Positions 9,970-20,106 of a DNA stretch of 64,000 nt are shown piece after piece. Within the stretch, counting starts at the first letter, position 1. Each line of letters opens with the position of its first letter. Source of the DNA: Thermodesulfobacteriota bacterium (lineage in GTDB: Bacteria > Desulfobacterota_D > UBA1144 > Nemesobacterales > Mycalebacteriaceae); the NCBI GenBank assembly GCA_965205855.1, contig OZ242184.1, forward strand, positions 384,001 to 448,000. The letters are read 5' to 3'. Position numbers and translations under genes: made by a program. Under the pieces are notes generated by a model. That model had not been told where the DNA came from. It did no database searches and worked only from the letters and a program-made list of their open reading frames with translations.

Positions 9970-10898
9970 GCAAAAATTTTCTGAGCGTTTTTGATCTTTC
10001 CGCGGGCGATATAACGAGTATAATCGCGCGCTCTTTTGAACACAGGGAAATGCGCGAGCTGAAAGCTGTGGGAAAATCTCTTGAAGGAAAAACGGTGGGG
10101 ATTGTTTTTGAGAAGCCATCCACCCGAACAAGGGTTTCATTTGAAGCGGCGGCGTCTCTTCTCGGAGCGCATCCAGTCTTTATAGATTCCGGAAGCACTC
10201 AGATAAACCGTGGCGAAACCCTTGAAGACACAGCAAGGGTTCTTTCCTCCTACCTTGATATTATCGTTATGAGAACTCATGAACATGAGAGGATAGAGAG
10301 GTTCGCGGCTAGTTCCTCGGTCCCCGTTATCAACGCGCTTACCGACCTTGAGCATCCCACTCAGGCGCTTGCGGATATCTTCACGATAGTGACTCACGAC
10401 ATTGATATGGAGAGTTTCAAACTCGCCTACATAGGAGATGGCAACAATGTGGCGAATTCCCTGATTGGAATTTCGTCCATACTCGGTTTTGACATAAGCA
10501 TCGCGGCCCCGAAAGGGCACGAGCCAGACGAAGGAGTTCTCAAAAAAAGTGGAAAAAGCAACGGCAGGGCGGCTCATATAAACATTACCGACGATCCTCG
10601 CAAAGCAGTTGAAGACGCCGATGTTATCTACACCGATGTGTGGGTCAGCATGGGGCAGGAAGAAAACGGGGAGGATACCCGAAAGGGTTTTGAACCTTAT
10701 CAGGTGAATTCGGAACTGTTGTCCCATGCTCCCGAAGATGCGGTTGTAATGCACTGCCTTCCCGCCCACAGGGGGGAGGAGATTACGGCGGAAATTATGG
10801 ACGACGGGAAAAGATTTATCGCTTTTGAACAGGCGGAGAACAAACTCCATACGGCAAAAGCTGTGCTTGAGTTCTTTCTCGGATGGAAAGGGGATTAG
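9966..10898 (+). CDS. argF: Ornithine carbamoyltransferase
   Basis: FEKPSTRTR, HPTQAL, GDGNNV, VWVSMG, HCLP; start moved to ATG 9966 (ATGA overlap with argD). Confidence 0.96.
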   Translation: MSKNFLSVFDLSAGDITSIIARSFEHREMRELKAVGKSLEGKTVGIVFEKPSTRTRVSFEAAASLLGAHPVFIDSGSTQINRGETLEDTARVLSSYLDIIVMRTHEHERIERFAASSSVPVINALTDLEHPTQALADIFTIVTHDIDMESFKLAYIGDGNNVANSLIGISSILGFDISIAAPKGHEPDEGVLKKSGKSNGRAAHINITDDPRKAVEDADVIYTDVWVSMGQEENGEDTRKGFEPYQVNSELLSHAPEDAVVMHCLPAHRGEEITAEIMDDGKRFIAFEQAENKLHTAKAVLEFFLGWKGD

Positions 10899-10955
10899 GG
10901 GCTAATCTGTCAGGATCCTTATCGGGATTGAAACATTTCGGAATAGGAAAAGTCC

Positions 10956-11516
10956 CTAAACTTTTGAAATCTTCGGTGGTGTAATACCTTTCTGTTTCTG
11001 ATACTTCCCTTTTTTGTCCGCGTAGGATTTTTCGCAAACCTCATCGCCGTCAAAAAAAAGAACCTGCGCTATTCCCTCTCCTGCGTATATCTTTGCGGGA
11101 AGAGGCGTGGTGTTTGAGATTTCAAGAGTTACAAAACCCTCCCACTCCGGCTCAAACGGGGTTACATTGACTATTATTCCGCATCTTGCGTATGTTGATT
11201 TGCCCACGCAGACGGTCAGCACACTGCGCGGGATTCTGAAATACTCAACGGTTCTTGCCAAAGCAAAGGAGTTAGGAGGAATTACACAATCGCCTTTGAT
11301 TGAAACAAACGATTTTTTATCAAACTTTTTAGGGTCAACAAGGGTGCTGTGAATATTTGTGAACACCTGAAACTCATCGCTTACCCTTATGTCGTAGCCG
11401 TAAGATGAAAGCCCGTATGATATTTTGCCCTTGCTTACCTGTGACTGCACAAACGGCTCTATCATTTTTTCCTTGCGAGCCATCTTTTTTATCCATCTGT
11501 CGGATTTTATTCCCAA
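10956..11516 (-). CDS. dcd: dCTP deaminase
   Basis: [29 protein letters not shown]; TTG start with GGAGG. Confidence 0.96.
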   Translation of the reverse strand: MGIKSDRWIKKMARKEKMIEPFVQSQVSKGKISYGLSSYGYDIRVSDEFQVFTNIHSTLVDPKKFDKKSFVSIKGDCVIPPNSFALARTVEYFRIPRSVLTVCVGKSTYARCGIIVNVTPFEPEWEGFVTLEISNTTPLPAKIYAGEGIAQVLFFDGDEVCEKSYADKKGKYQKQKGITPPKISKV

Positions 11517-11542
11517 TTTTGCCTCCTTAAATCGGTCTGTTT

Positions 11543-12592
11543 TTATGAAAACTGACGGAGAAACCTTATGTCATTTTCAAAGAAAAGCCGTATGTCGTCA
11601 ATTCCGAACTTCAACATTGCCATTCTTTCAATTCCCATGCCGAAAGCAAATCCCGAGTATTCATCGGGGTCATATCCGACATTGTTGAACACCGCCGGGT
11701 CAACCATCCCGCAACCCAACACCTCAACCCAGCCGCTCTGTTTACAAACCCTGCATCCCTTTCCAGCGCATATAGCACACTCTATATCCACCTCCGCGCT
11801 CGGTTCGGTGAAAGGGAAAAAACTCGGCCTGAACCTGATGTTGGTCTCGGCTTCAAAATACATATTGATAAAGTGAATTATAACGGATTTGAGATTCGCA
11901 AAACTTATGTCTCTGTCAACCATCAGACCTTCAACTTGATGAAACATCGGGGAATGGGAAACATCACTGTCGCATCTGTAAACTTTGCCGGGGACAATTA
12001 CCCTAAGCGGCGGCCTCTGTTTTTCCATCGTGCGAATCTGAACCGGAGAAGTGTGTGTGCGCAAAACCATCTTGTCGGATATGTAGAAAGTGTCCTGCAT
12101 ATCTCGCGCGGGATGGTTTTCGGGGATGTTGAGTGCCTCAAAATTGTAGTAGTCAAGCTCCACTTCGGGCCCGTCCATAACTGAAAAACCCATCCTTTCA
12201 AATATCCGTGAAATTGACTTCATAACCAGAGTAACGGGATGAAGCGAACCCGCTGTATTTCTTCGCCCCGGAAGCGTAATGTCTATCTTGTCCCCTGAAA
12301 GTGATTTTTCTGCGCTGGCGCTTTTCAGCTCCAGAGTTTTATCGCGGACAAAATCCTCAATATCTTTTTTTGATTTGTTTAGAACCGCTCCCGCGCCGCG
12401 CTTCCGTTCGGGAGAAAGGTCTTTGAGTGACTTCAGCATTGATGTCAGCGAGCCTTTCTTACCGATGTAGCGCGATTTTATTTTGTGTACTGAAGCCTCG
12501 TCCTCCGCGGCGGCTATTTCTGTCCGCGCGTTTTCTGTTTCGCGTTTTACGCGAGCTTCCGTCTCATCGGTTGTTTCGTCTGTTCCGCTCAT
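11543..12592 (-). CDS. pheS: Phenylalanine-tRNA ligase alpha subunit
   Basis: [48 protein letters not shown]. Confidence 0.98.
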   Translation of the reverse strand: MSGTDETTDETEARVKRETENARTEIAAAEDEASVHKIKSRYIGKKGSLTSMLKSLKDLSPERKRGAGAVLNKSKKDIEDFVRDKTLELKSASAEKSLSGDKIDITLPGRRNTAGSLHPVTLVMKSISRIFERMGFSVMDGPEVELDYYNFEALNIPENHPARDMQDTFYISDKMVLRTHTSPVQIRTMEKQRPPLRVIVPGKVYRCDSDVSHSPMFHQVEGLMVDRDISFANLKSVIIHFINMYFEAETNIRFRPSFFPFTEPSAEVDIECAICAGKGCRVCKQSGWVEVLGCGMVDPAVFNNVGYDPDEYSGFAFGMGIERMAMLKFGIDDIRLFFENDIRFLRQFS

Positions 12593-13497
12593 TTCACCGC
12601 GCCTTCTTTTCTCATTTTGACCACAAAATAAGTTGCGACAAAGATTGACGAATAAGTTCCCGCTATTACTCCGACCATCAGGGTGAACGCGAAACCATGT
12701 ATGACCGAGCCGCCGAGAAAGAAGAGAGGAACAAGAACACTAAATACTGTGACGGTTGTAAGAATCGTCCGCGAGAGTGTACGGGTGATTCCAAGGTCAA
12801 TGGCGCGGGTGAAATCACCGGCGGTTTCTTCGTCCTCGAGGGTTTCCCTTATCCGGTCGAATATGACTATGGTGTCGTTCACCGAGTAGCCGACCACCAT
12901 AAGTAGCGCGGCGACTATGGAGAGGGTAATTTCTTTGTCGGCAAAAGCTAGAAAACCCATTGTTACAAGAAAATCGTGAAGAAGCGCCACTACCGCTCCT
13001 GTCGCGTATCCGATTTCAAACCTGAATAACAGATACAGAAGAACGACCGCGCAGCCTAGCAAAAGGGCTATTATCGCCTTTTGCACAAACTCCCGTCCGA
13101 CATTGGGACCCACATAGTCAATCCGCAATATCTGAATTTTTTGAAAACGCCGGGTTTTTTCGCCGGCGGAAATCAAACCGTTTTTAAAAACGTTGACTTC
13201 CTCCGATGAGATTTTGCCCGCGGGAAATTTGACAAGAAACTCGCTGTCCGCCTTTATTCCAAACCTCTGAACGGATGCCGGTTTGTAGTCGTAGGAAAGA
13301 AAAAGGTCTCTCACTTCCTCTTCGGTTATAACGGAACCGGAAATAGGAGCTTTGATGTGAACTTCCGTTCCGCCCGTGAATTCAACTCCGGGTTTCGGGC
13401 CGCCGTCAATAACGATTGCCGAAAGACACGCGGTGAGCAAAACCGCAGAAAAAACCGACGCCTTGCCGAAAAGTGATGTGAAATTGAAAACTTTCAT
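12589..13497 (-). CDS. secF: Protein translocase subunit SecF
   Basis: GVEFTGG, VGPNVG, GYSVNDTIVIFDRIRE, GTYSSIFVA. Confidence 0.96.
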   Translation of the reverse strand: MKVFNFTSLFGKASVFSAVLLTACLSAIVIDGGPKPGVEFTGGTEVHIKAPISGSVITEEEVRDLFLSYDYKPASVQRFGIKADSEFLVKFPAGKISSEEVNVFKNGLISAGEKTRRFQKIQILRIDYVGPNVGREFVQKAIIALLLGCAVVLLYLLFRFEIGYATGAVVALLHDFLVTMGFLAFADKEITLSIVAALLMVVGYSVNDTIVIFDRIRETLEDEETAGDFTRAIDLGITRTLSRTILTTVTVFSVLVPLFFLGGSVIHGFAFTLMVGVIAGTYSSIFVATYFVVKMRKEGAVK

Positions 13498-13520
13498 TGA
13501 TTAAAAAGCCCTTCTTGCGC

Positions 13521-15116
13521 TCAAACTTCCGCCTTTTTCCCGCTCCTCCATATTGCCACCGAAATGAGCCGTGCCACTATCAGATTGCTAAATACGGTGC
13601 AGACTATTCCCGCGCACAAGGTGGCGGCAAAACCTTTTATCTGACCGTCCCCGAACCAGAACAGCACAATCCCCGCAAGCAGGGTTGTAACATTGGCGTC
13701 CAGAATTGTCCTGACCGATCTTTTGTATCCTGTTTCAATGGCGTGGAAATGAGATTTTCCCGCTCGCATCTCTTCCCTGATTCTCTCAAAAATTATTATG
13801 TTTCCGTCAACGGCGATGCCGAGAGTAAGAATCATTCCCGCGATTCCCGGAAGCGTAAGCGTTACTCCGAGGGAAGCGAGAAGCCCCATTATCAGAAGCA
13901 TATTCAGCCCGAGCGCGGCGTTGGCAACCATTCCTTGGGCACCGTAGTAGAGCGCCATAAACAAAATTACCAGCGCGCCGCCCACAAGCATTGAAAGTTT
14001 CCCTTTCTGTATGGAATCTCTGCCGAGCGAGGGTCCTATGAGTCTTTCCTGTTCCACCACGACCGGAACCGGCAGGGAACCGGAACGCAAAACAAGAGCG
14101 AGATCCTGCGCTTCTGCTTGAGTGAATGAACCGGTTATTTGTCCCTCAAAACTGATGCGGCTTTGAACTACCGGCGCCGATTTTACAACACCGTCAAGAA
14201 CTATCGCAAGCCGGTTGCCTATGTTGGCGGCGGTAAGTTTCCCGAACTTTCCCGCTCCCTTGCTGGAAAAACTGAACGAGACCGAGGGGTCGCCGTAATT
14301 GTCAAACGCAAGACGCGCGTCTGATATGTGTTCGCCCGTAACTGCGGCTTTTGATTCCGTTATAAAGAAATTTTCATTTTCGTCCCCGTGCGCATGGTGA
14401 ACGGAAAGACCTTTTTCTGCAAGATCCTCTCCGGGCTCAATCCCCGCGTTCACAATCGCCTGCTCGCGTGAAAATCCCTGCCCGTGAACTATTTTGAACT
14501 CCAGCACGGCGGTTTTCTTTATTATGTCAACAATTCTGTCCCTGTCTTTGTCCGATGCACCGGGAACCTGTATCACAATTCTGTTGTCGCCCAGTTTTGT
14601 TATTGACGGTTCCACAAGACCGAAATCAAGAACGCGGTTTTCTATTACCTGTCTTACTTGCTCAATGGAGTTGTTTCTTATTCGGGACAAATGGTAGGAG
14701 TCGGGGAAAACCCTGAGAAGAAGTTTTTTTTCGTCCGGTTCCAGGGTGAAATCTCCAAATTTTTTCTCAATCGTTCTCTGCGCTTTTTCAAAAGACGGAG
14801 CGTCGGCAAACTCCATTGTGAGAACAAAGTTCTCAACTTTCGCTTTTCGGATTGCCTCGCCGTTTTCAAACTCTTCGCTCACGGATTGAAGCGTATTTTC
14901 AAGGCGTCTGTTGACCCCCTGGTCGGTCTCGACTCCAAGTTGGATGAAAACTCCCCCTCTTAGGTCAAGACCGAGCCGTATCCCGCGTGCGGGAAAAACC
15001 TTTGACCACCATCCGGGCAGGTTTTCTCCGTAGATATTGGGGGCCAGAAAAATCCCCGAAAGGACGACCAGAACCGCTATGACAGTCAGCCAGAGCCTTG
15101 AAACTCCGCCACCCAT
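13521..15116 (-). CDS. secD: Protein translocase subunit SecD
   Basis: LGLDLRGG, LAIVLDG, LRSGSLP, IGPSLG, AVDGNIIIFERIREE. Confidence 0.97.
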   Translation of the reverse strand: MGGGVSRLWLTVIAVLVVLSGIFLAPNIYGENLPGWWSKVFPARGIRLGLDLRGGVFIQLGVETDQGVNRRLENTLQSVSEEFENGEAIRKAKVENFVLTMEFADAPSFEKAQRTIEKKFGDFTLEPDEKKLLLRVFPDSYHLSRIRNNSIEQVRQVIENRVLDFGLVEPSITKLGDNRIVIQVPGASDKDRDRIVDIIKKTAVLEFKIVHGQGFSREQAIVNAGIEPGEDLAEKGLSVHHAHGDENENFFITESKAAVTGEHISDARLAFDNYGDPSVSFSFSSKGAGKFGKLTAANIGNRLAIVLDGVVKSAPVVQSRISFEGQITGSFTQAEAQDLALVLRSGSLPVPVVVEQERLIGPSLGRDSIQKGKLSMLVGGALVILFMALYYGAQGMVANAALGLNMLLIMGLLASLGVTLTLPGIAGMILTLGIAVDGNIIIFERIREEMRAGKSHFHAIETGYKRSVRTILDANVTTLLAGIVLFWFGDGQIKGFAATLCAGIVCTVFSNLIVARLISVAIWRSGKKAEV

Positions 15117-15118
15117 GT

Positions 15119-15496
15119 TTAAGCGTCAGCCTTTTCCTGTATTTTTGAAGCGACCGCGGATAGGGTAGCTTTCACGATTACGCCCTTGGCTATTTCAAGG
15201 GAAATTTTGTCTCCGCCTTCCGGGTTAATCTCGATTATTGTGGCGTATATGCCACCGTTCGTAAGAACGTTATCGCCGCGTTTGAGCTGCTTGAGCATGT
15301 TTTCGCGTTCCCGCGACCGTTTTCTCTGAGGGCGTATTATCAGAAAATAGAAAAGGGCGAAAAGAAGAACAAAAGGCAGGAAACCCGTCAGGTTGAAACT
15401 TCCTCCCGCTCCCTCCGCGGCAAAGCTCTCCGTAAAAGGCGTAAAAACGAGCAACATGGCGGAAACCGCAAAAACCTTATTTTTCAAACTTTTCAA
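15119..15496 (-). CDS. yajC: Preprotein translocase subunit YajC
   Basis: FYFLIIRPQ, LKRGDNVLTNGGI; upstream of secD; TTG start with GGAGG. Confidence 0.94.
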   Translation of the reverse strand: MKSLKNKVFAVSAMLLVFTPFTESFAAEGAGGSFNLTGFLPFVLLFALFYFLIIRPQRKRSRERENMLKQLKRGDNVLTNGGIYATIIEINPEGGDKISLEIAKGVIVKATLSAVASKIQEKADA

Positions 15497-15556
15497 AACA
15501 GATAACCTCCAGAATAAAAAACTTTACAATTGGCAAAAGCACAATGGCGGTGAGAC

Positions 15557-15585
15557 TTTATAACCATTTTGGCGTTTTTTGTAAA
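15557..15585 (-). promoter_or_regulatory. Putative sigma70 promoter for yajC-secD-secF-pheS-dcd
   Basis: Minus strand TTTACA-N17-TATAAA. Confidence 0.5.
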
Positions 15586-15606
15586 CACCTTTCGGGTTCG
15601 GTCGTG

Positions 15607-16395
15607 TCAACTCCGCAACCCCAGAACTTCCTTCATTCCGTATACGCCCGCGGGTTTTCCGTATATCCACCTTGCCGCCCTGACTGCTCCCGCGGCGAAT
15701 ATTTCCCTGCCGTGCGCGCGGTGCGACAATTCCACCCTTTCCCCGTTGCCGAGGAAAAAAACCGTGTGGTCTCCGGGCGTGTCTCCCCCGCGGACGGACT
15801 GGATTCCTATTTCATTTTTTCTGCGCGCTTTGCCGGTTTTTTTCCTACCGTATGAGGTGACTTCCCCAAGGTTTTCATTCCTGGCCTCCGCCGCCGCTTC
15901 GGCAAGCGCGAGCGCGGTTCCGCTCGGAGCATCCGTTTTGGCGGAATGGTGAATTTCCATGATCTCTATTTCAAAATCCTCTCCGAGTTTTTGCGAAGCG
16001 ACCGAGACCATTTGTTCCAGCAGATTGACCCCGATGCTCATATTCGGCGCTATCACGCAAGGAAACCTCTCTGCGGCGCGCTCCAGTTCCTCTTTTTGTG
16101 CGGGAGCAAATCCCGTTGTTCCAATTACTATGGCTTTCCCCGCGCCGGAGCAGTAACGCGCGTTTGCAAGCGTTGCTTCGGGAGAAGTGAAATCAACAAT
16201 CACATCCGCCGTTCGGGACGCTTCTTCAACGCTGCCTGAGACCGTAACGCCCGCGATTTCCCGTCCGACGCAGTCGTGCCCGTCTCTTTCGTACAAGCCG
16301 GCGATTTCAAGGCCGGGAGATTTGGCTATTTCCGCTATTATCGCGCCACCCATGCGTCCAGCGGCGCCCGCTACTGATATGTGAACAACTTCCAT
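15607..16395 (-). CDS. dapB: 4-hydroxy-tetrahydrodipicolinate reductase
   Basis: GAAGRMG, VDFT, IGTTG, APNMSIGVN, EIHHSAKTDAPSGTA. Confidence 0.97.
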   Translation of the reverse strand: MEVVHISVAGAAGRMGGAIIAEIAKSPGLEIAGLYERDGHDCVGREIAGVTVSGSVEEASRTADVIVDFTSPEATLANARYCSGAGKAIVIGTTGFAPAQKEELERAAERFPCVIAPNMSIGVNLLEQMVSVASQKLGEDFEIEIMEIHHSAKTDAPSGTALALAEAAAEARNENLGEVTSYGRKKTGKARRKNEIGIQSVRGGDTPGDHTVFFLGNGERVELSHRAHGREIFAAGAVRAARWIYGKPAGVYGMKEVLGLRS

Positions 16396-16492
16396 CTTTT
16401 ACACAATGAAAAAGTAAAGTAGAGTTACCGAACTGCCGGTAGGTTAAACGCCCGCCGCATAATTTCAAGGAAGATACGGAAAACAGCAAACC

Positions 16493-17368
16493 ATGAAAAG
16501 TATGACGGGCTTTGGAAGAAGCGAAAAGGGAATCGGAGACGGCAGGCTGATTGTGGAGGCGCGAGGTGAAAACCACAGGTTCTTTGACGCGCGCATCTAT
16601 TTTCCGGAGGGTCTGGCTTTTATTGAATCCGATATTCTCAAACGGTTAAAAAAGGTTGTGTTGCGCGGAAAAATTAAGGTCTCCGTCTCATACGAGACGG
16701 CGGGAGTACCGACTCCGGAAATAGATTATCGCGCCGCCCGTGCCGCGCATGAATCCCTGAAAAAACTCAAAAAAAATCTCGGTGTCGAGGGGAACGTAAC
16801 CCTTGATCAGGTGCTTTCTTTCGGAGATTTCATAAGAGTTTCCTCCAAGGAGCAGAGCCTCGGCGGGAAAAACACGTCTCAAATCAGCGGTGTAGTCGCA
16901 AGCGCGATTGAAAGATTGGACGAAAGCAGAAGCCGCGAGGGAAAACGTCTTTTGAAGGATCTGGCTCTTCGGGTTTCAAAATGCAAAAGAGTTTTGCGGA
17001 AGATAAAAACCGAACGCGGGAAACACGAAGTGGAAACAAAGCGCAGACTGGAGGAAAAGACAAGGTCTCTGATTAAGGACAAAAACATCGACGAAGCGAG
17101 GCTGTATAGCGAGATGGCGGCGATATCCGAAAGAGGGGACATTACCGAGGAGTTGGTAAGGATGAATTCCCACCTTTTGCGGTTTTCCGAATTCCTGTCC
17201 AAATCAAATGTTTCAGTGGGAAGAGAACTGGATTTTCTCACTCAGGAAATGAATCGTGAAGCGGGAACAATATCGGCGAAATCAAAGTCTCCGGACATTT
17301 CCCGTCTGACCATGGATTTGAGGTCCGAGATAGAAAAAATACGCGAGCAGTCTCAAAACGTTGAGTAG
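16493..17368 (+). CDS. yicC: YicC/YloC-family endoribonuclease
   Basis: MKSMTGFGR, DITEELVR, GRELDFLTQEMNRE, EKIREQSQNVE. Confidence 0.94.
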   Translation: MKSMTGFGRSEKGIGDGRLIVEARGENHRFFDARIYFPEGLAFIESDILKRLKKVVLRGKIKVSVSYETAGVPTPEIDYRAARAAHESLKKLKKNLGVEGNVTLDQVLSFGDFIRVSSKEQSLGGKNTSQISGVVASAIERLDESRSREGKRLLKDLALRVSKCKRVLRKIKTERGKHEVETKRRLEEKTRSLIKDKNIDEARLYSEMAAISERGDITEELVRMNSHLLRFSEFLSKSNVSVGRELDFLTQEMNREAGTISAKSKSPDISRLTMDLRSEIEKIREQSQNVE

Positions 17369-17372
17369 GGTT

Positions 17373-17400
17373 TTGAAACGAAAGCCGGTTGTGTTAGCAT
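17373..17400 (+). promoter_or_regulatory. Putative promoter for sucD
   Basis: TTGAAA-N16-TAGCAT with extended -10 (TGtTAGCAT). Confidence 0.4.
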
Positions 17401-17454
17401 TTGCGGGTCTTTTAAAATAAACGGCGATTGCCGGATTTTACGGAGAGGGATTGT

Positions 17455-18330
17455 ATGAGCGTTCTTGTTGACAAAAACACCAAAGTTATAGTGCAGGGAA
17501 TAACCGGAAGCACGGGGCTTTTCCATGCAACCCAGTGTAGGGAATATGGAACCGCCGTGGTCGGTGGAGTAACTCCCGGTAAAGGCGGAACGAGTGTGGA
17601 GGGATTTCCGGTTTTTAATTCGGTTTCACAGGCGGTCAAAGAGACACGGGCGAATACTTCGCTTATTTTTGTTCCTGCTCCTTTCGCCCTGGACTCAATA
17701 CTTGAAGCGGCTGAAGCGGGTTTGGAGTTGATAATCTGCATAACCGAGGGGATTCCAACCAGCGACATAATGACAGCCAAAAATTTTCTTGAAGGCACCG
17801 GCTCGCGCCTTGTCGGTCCCAATTGTCCGGGAGTTATAACTCCCGGCGAAGCGAAAGTGGGGATAATGCCGGGATACATACACAAGCCAGGAAGAATAGG
17901 GGTTATATCGCGCAGCGGAACACTTACCTACGAAGCGGTCTGGCAGCTTTCCAATCTTGGGATAGGGCAGTCCACCTGTCTTGGGATCGGCGGAGATCCG
18001 ATAATAGGCACCACCTTCTCGGACGCCCTGAAGCTGTTTCAGGGTGACCCCGATACGGACGCAATAGTGCTTATAGGGGAGATAGGCGGAAGCGATGAGG
18101 AAGAGGCGGCGGATTTTATAAAGCGCAATGTTAAAAAACCCGTGGCCGCGTTTGTTGCCGGAGCAACGGCGCCACCGGGAAAAAGAATGGGACATGCCGG
18201 AGCGATTATTTCTTCAAGTTCCGGGGGAGCTGAAGACAAATTCCGGGCTCTTGAACTCGCGGGCGCGGCGATTTGCAGAAGCCCCGCGGAAATGGGCGAA
18301 ACCCTGAAGCAAAAAATGGGAAGCCGTTAG
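17455..18330 (+). CDS. sucD: Succinyl-CoA ligase alpha subunit
   Basis: [35 protein letters not shown] (phospho-His); start moved to ATG 17455. Confidence 0.97.
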   Translation: MSVLVDKNTKVIVQGITGSTGLFHATQCREYGTAVVGGVTPGKGGTSVEGFPVFNSVSQAVKETRANTSLIFVPAPFALDSILEAAEAGLELIICITEGIPTSDIMTAKNFLEGTGSRLVGPNCPGVITPGEAKVGIMPGYIHKPGRIGVISRSGTLTYEAVWQLSNLGIGQSTCLGIGGDPIIGTTFSDALKLFQGDPDTDAIVLIGEIGGSDEEEAADFIKRNVKKPVAAFVAGATAPPGKRMGHAGAIISSSSGGAEDKFRALELAGAAICRSPAEMGETLKQKMGSR

Positions 18331-18384
18331 CGTCCGCCTACTGCTGTCCGCAACTTTCCGTCACGGAAAAGGTGCGAGGACTTT

Positions 18385-20106
18385 TTGCAGAAAGAAACAA
18401 GCATACCGTCTCTGCTTAAGAGGCATAAACCGCAACTTATCGCCGGGCTTATAACCCTTTCCGCGGTTGACCTTATTCAAATGGCAATACCGCTTGTTAT
18501 CAAACGCGCGACAGATGCGTTTGTGGATCCCGGTCCGGATACCGCCGGGCTTATACGCACCTGCGCTTTTTACATTCTGGGAATGGGCATTGTGATTTCG
18601 CTTTTTCGTCTGGGATGGCGTTATTTCATAATGGGAACCGCGCGCAAGATAGAGCAAAGTCTCAGAAACGAGTTTTTTGCCCACTTGCAAAGACTTCCCG
18701 CCGAACGGATTTTTTCCCGTAAGGTTGGAGATCTAATGGCTCACACCGTCAACGACATAGAAACCCTGAAATTTGCCTGTGGCCTGGGTGTTCTGGTCGC
18801 TTACGACGGTTTGTTTCTTCTTGTTTTTATAATGGGGGCGATGTTTTACATATCGGCTCCGGTCGCGGCCGTGCTGTGCGTGCCGTTTTTGCTCATGATG
18901 GTCTTTATTGTCAAAGGCGGAAGGGAAATAGAAAAACGCTTCAGAAAAACCCAGGAGTTTTTCTCGTCGCTTACCGAAAGTGCAAGAAGGCCCTTTCACG
19001 GAATCAAAGCGGTCAAATCCCTGCGTATGGAGGACGAGGAATTTGAAAACTTCAGCAACTCAAGTGCGGAATATGTGCAAAGCAACATCCGGCTTGCAAA
19101 AATATGGTCTGTTTATCAGCCCGCCATATCTCTGTGCGTGGGAATATCGGTTTCCGCATTTCTTTTGTTCGGCGGATACCGGACGATAACCGGTTCACTA
19201 ACGCTCGGGGATTTTACCGCACTGCTTGTGTATCTGTCCATGCTTGCGTGGCCGATTATGGCAATGGGGTGGGCTCAGGACATACTACGCAGAGGAAACT
19301 CTTCAATAAAGAGGCTTAACTCCATCTTGAGACTGGATACCGAACCGCAAGCCGGCAATGAAGAAGCGTTTCCGCATATAAGGGGAGGGCTTGATGTTTG
19401 TGGTGTAAGCCGCTCATTCGGTGCGAAGAAGGCCCTTGGCGGATGCTCCTTCAGAATTGAAGCCGGGGAAACCTCGTACATAACAGGCAGAACGGGTTCG
19501 GGTAAGACCGCCCTTGCCGGGATAATCAGCGGAGACATTGATCCGGATGAGGGCGCGGTGCGTATCGGCGGCGTGGACACTCGCTCGGTAAGTCGCGCCT
19601 TGCTTAAAAGAGAGGTCATTTGTGTTGACCGCAAAGCGTTTATTTTCAGCGGGACGGTAAGAGAAAACATAAACTTCATGAAACCCCTGCCAGATTCCCG
19701 GACCATGCGGGCGGCGGAAATATGCGGCATCAAAAAGGAGGTTGAAGGGTTTTCCGGAGGGCTTGACGCGACTTTGGGAGAGAGGGGAATGAACCTTTCG
19801 GAAGGACAGAAACAGAGAATATCAATTGCCCGCGCGATCATATTCAACCCGGCAATTCTGGTGCTTGATGACGCGCTTTCGTCCGTTGATCTTTCAACTG
19901 AGGCTGCTGTCGTGAAAAATCTTCGGGATTGGGCAAAGGGCACGGGAACGGCGCTGATAATTATTTCAAGCCGTACAAACTCCTCTCATCTCTCGGATTT
20001 CATTATGGTTCTGGAAGACGGAAAAATAGCCGAAAAAGGAACGCACCCCGAACTTATTTCACGCGACGGCATATATGCCGCAATGTACGGGATACAGGTG
20101 AAATGA
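18385..20106 (+). CDS. Heterodimeric ABC exporter subunit 1 (TMD-NBD, degenerate Walker B and H-loop)
   Basis: Multi-TM N-terminal domain; Walker A GRTGSGKT, LSEGQKQR, ILVLDD, IISSR. Confidence 0.9.
   Translation: MQKETSIPSLLKRHKPQLIAGLITLSAVDLIQMAIPLVIKRATDAFVDPGPDTAGLIRTCAFYILGMGIVISLFRLGWRYFIMGTARKIEQSLRNEFFAHLQRLPAERIFSRKVGDLMAHTVNDIETLKFACGLGVLVAYDGLFLLVFIMGAMFYISAPVAAVLCVPFLLMMVFIVKGGREIEKRFRKTQEFFSSLTESARRPFHGIKAVKSLRMEDEEFENFSNSSAEYVQSNIRLAKIWSVYQPAISLCVGISVSAFLLFGGYRTITGSLTLGDFTALLVYLSMLAWPIMAMGWAQDILRRGNSSIKRLNSILRLDTEPQAGNEEAFPHIRGGLDVCGVSRSFGAKKALGGCSFRIEAGETSYITGRTGSGKTALAGIISGDIDPDEGAVRIGGVDTRSVSRALLKREVICVDRKAFIFSGTVRENINFMKPLPDSRTMRAAEICGIKKEVEGFSGGLDATLGERGMNLSEGQKQRISIARAIIFNPAILVLDDALSSVDLSTEAAVVKNLRDWAKGTGTALIIISSRTNSSHLSDFIMVLEDGKIAEKGTHPELISRDGIYAAMYGIQVK

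Noticed and set aside
19929-20102. N-terminal extensions in the ORF track (ABC subunit 2, argF, infB, tkt, cobA, macB, sucD)
   Set aside because: They overlap upstream genes or precede the conserved N-terminus; downstream starts fit better with SD, stop-start coupling or promoter position.
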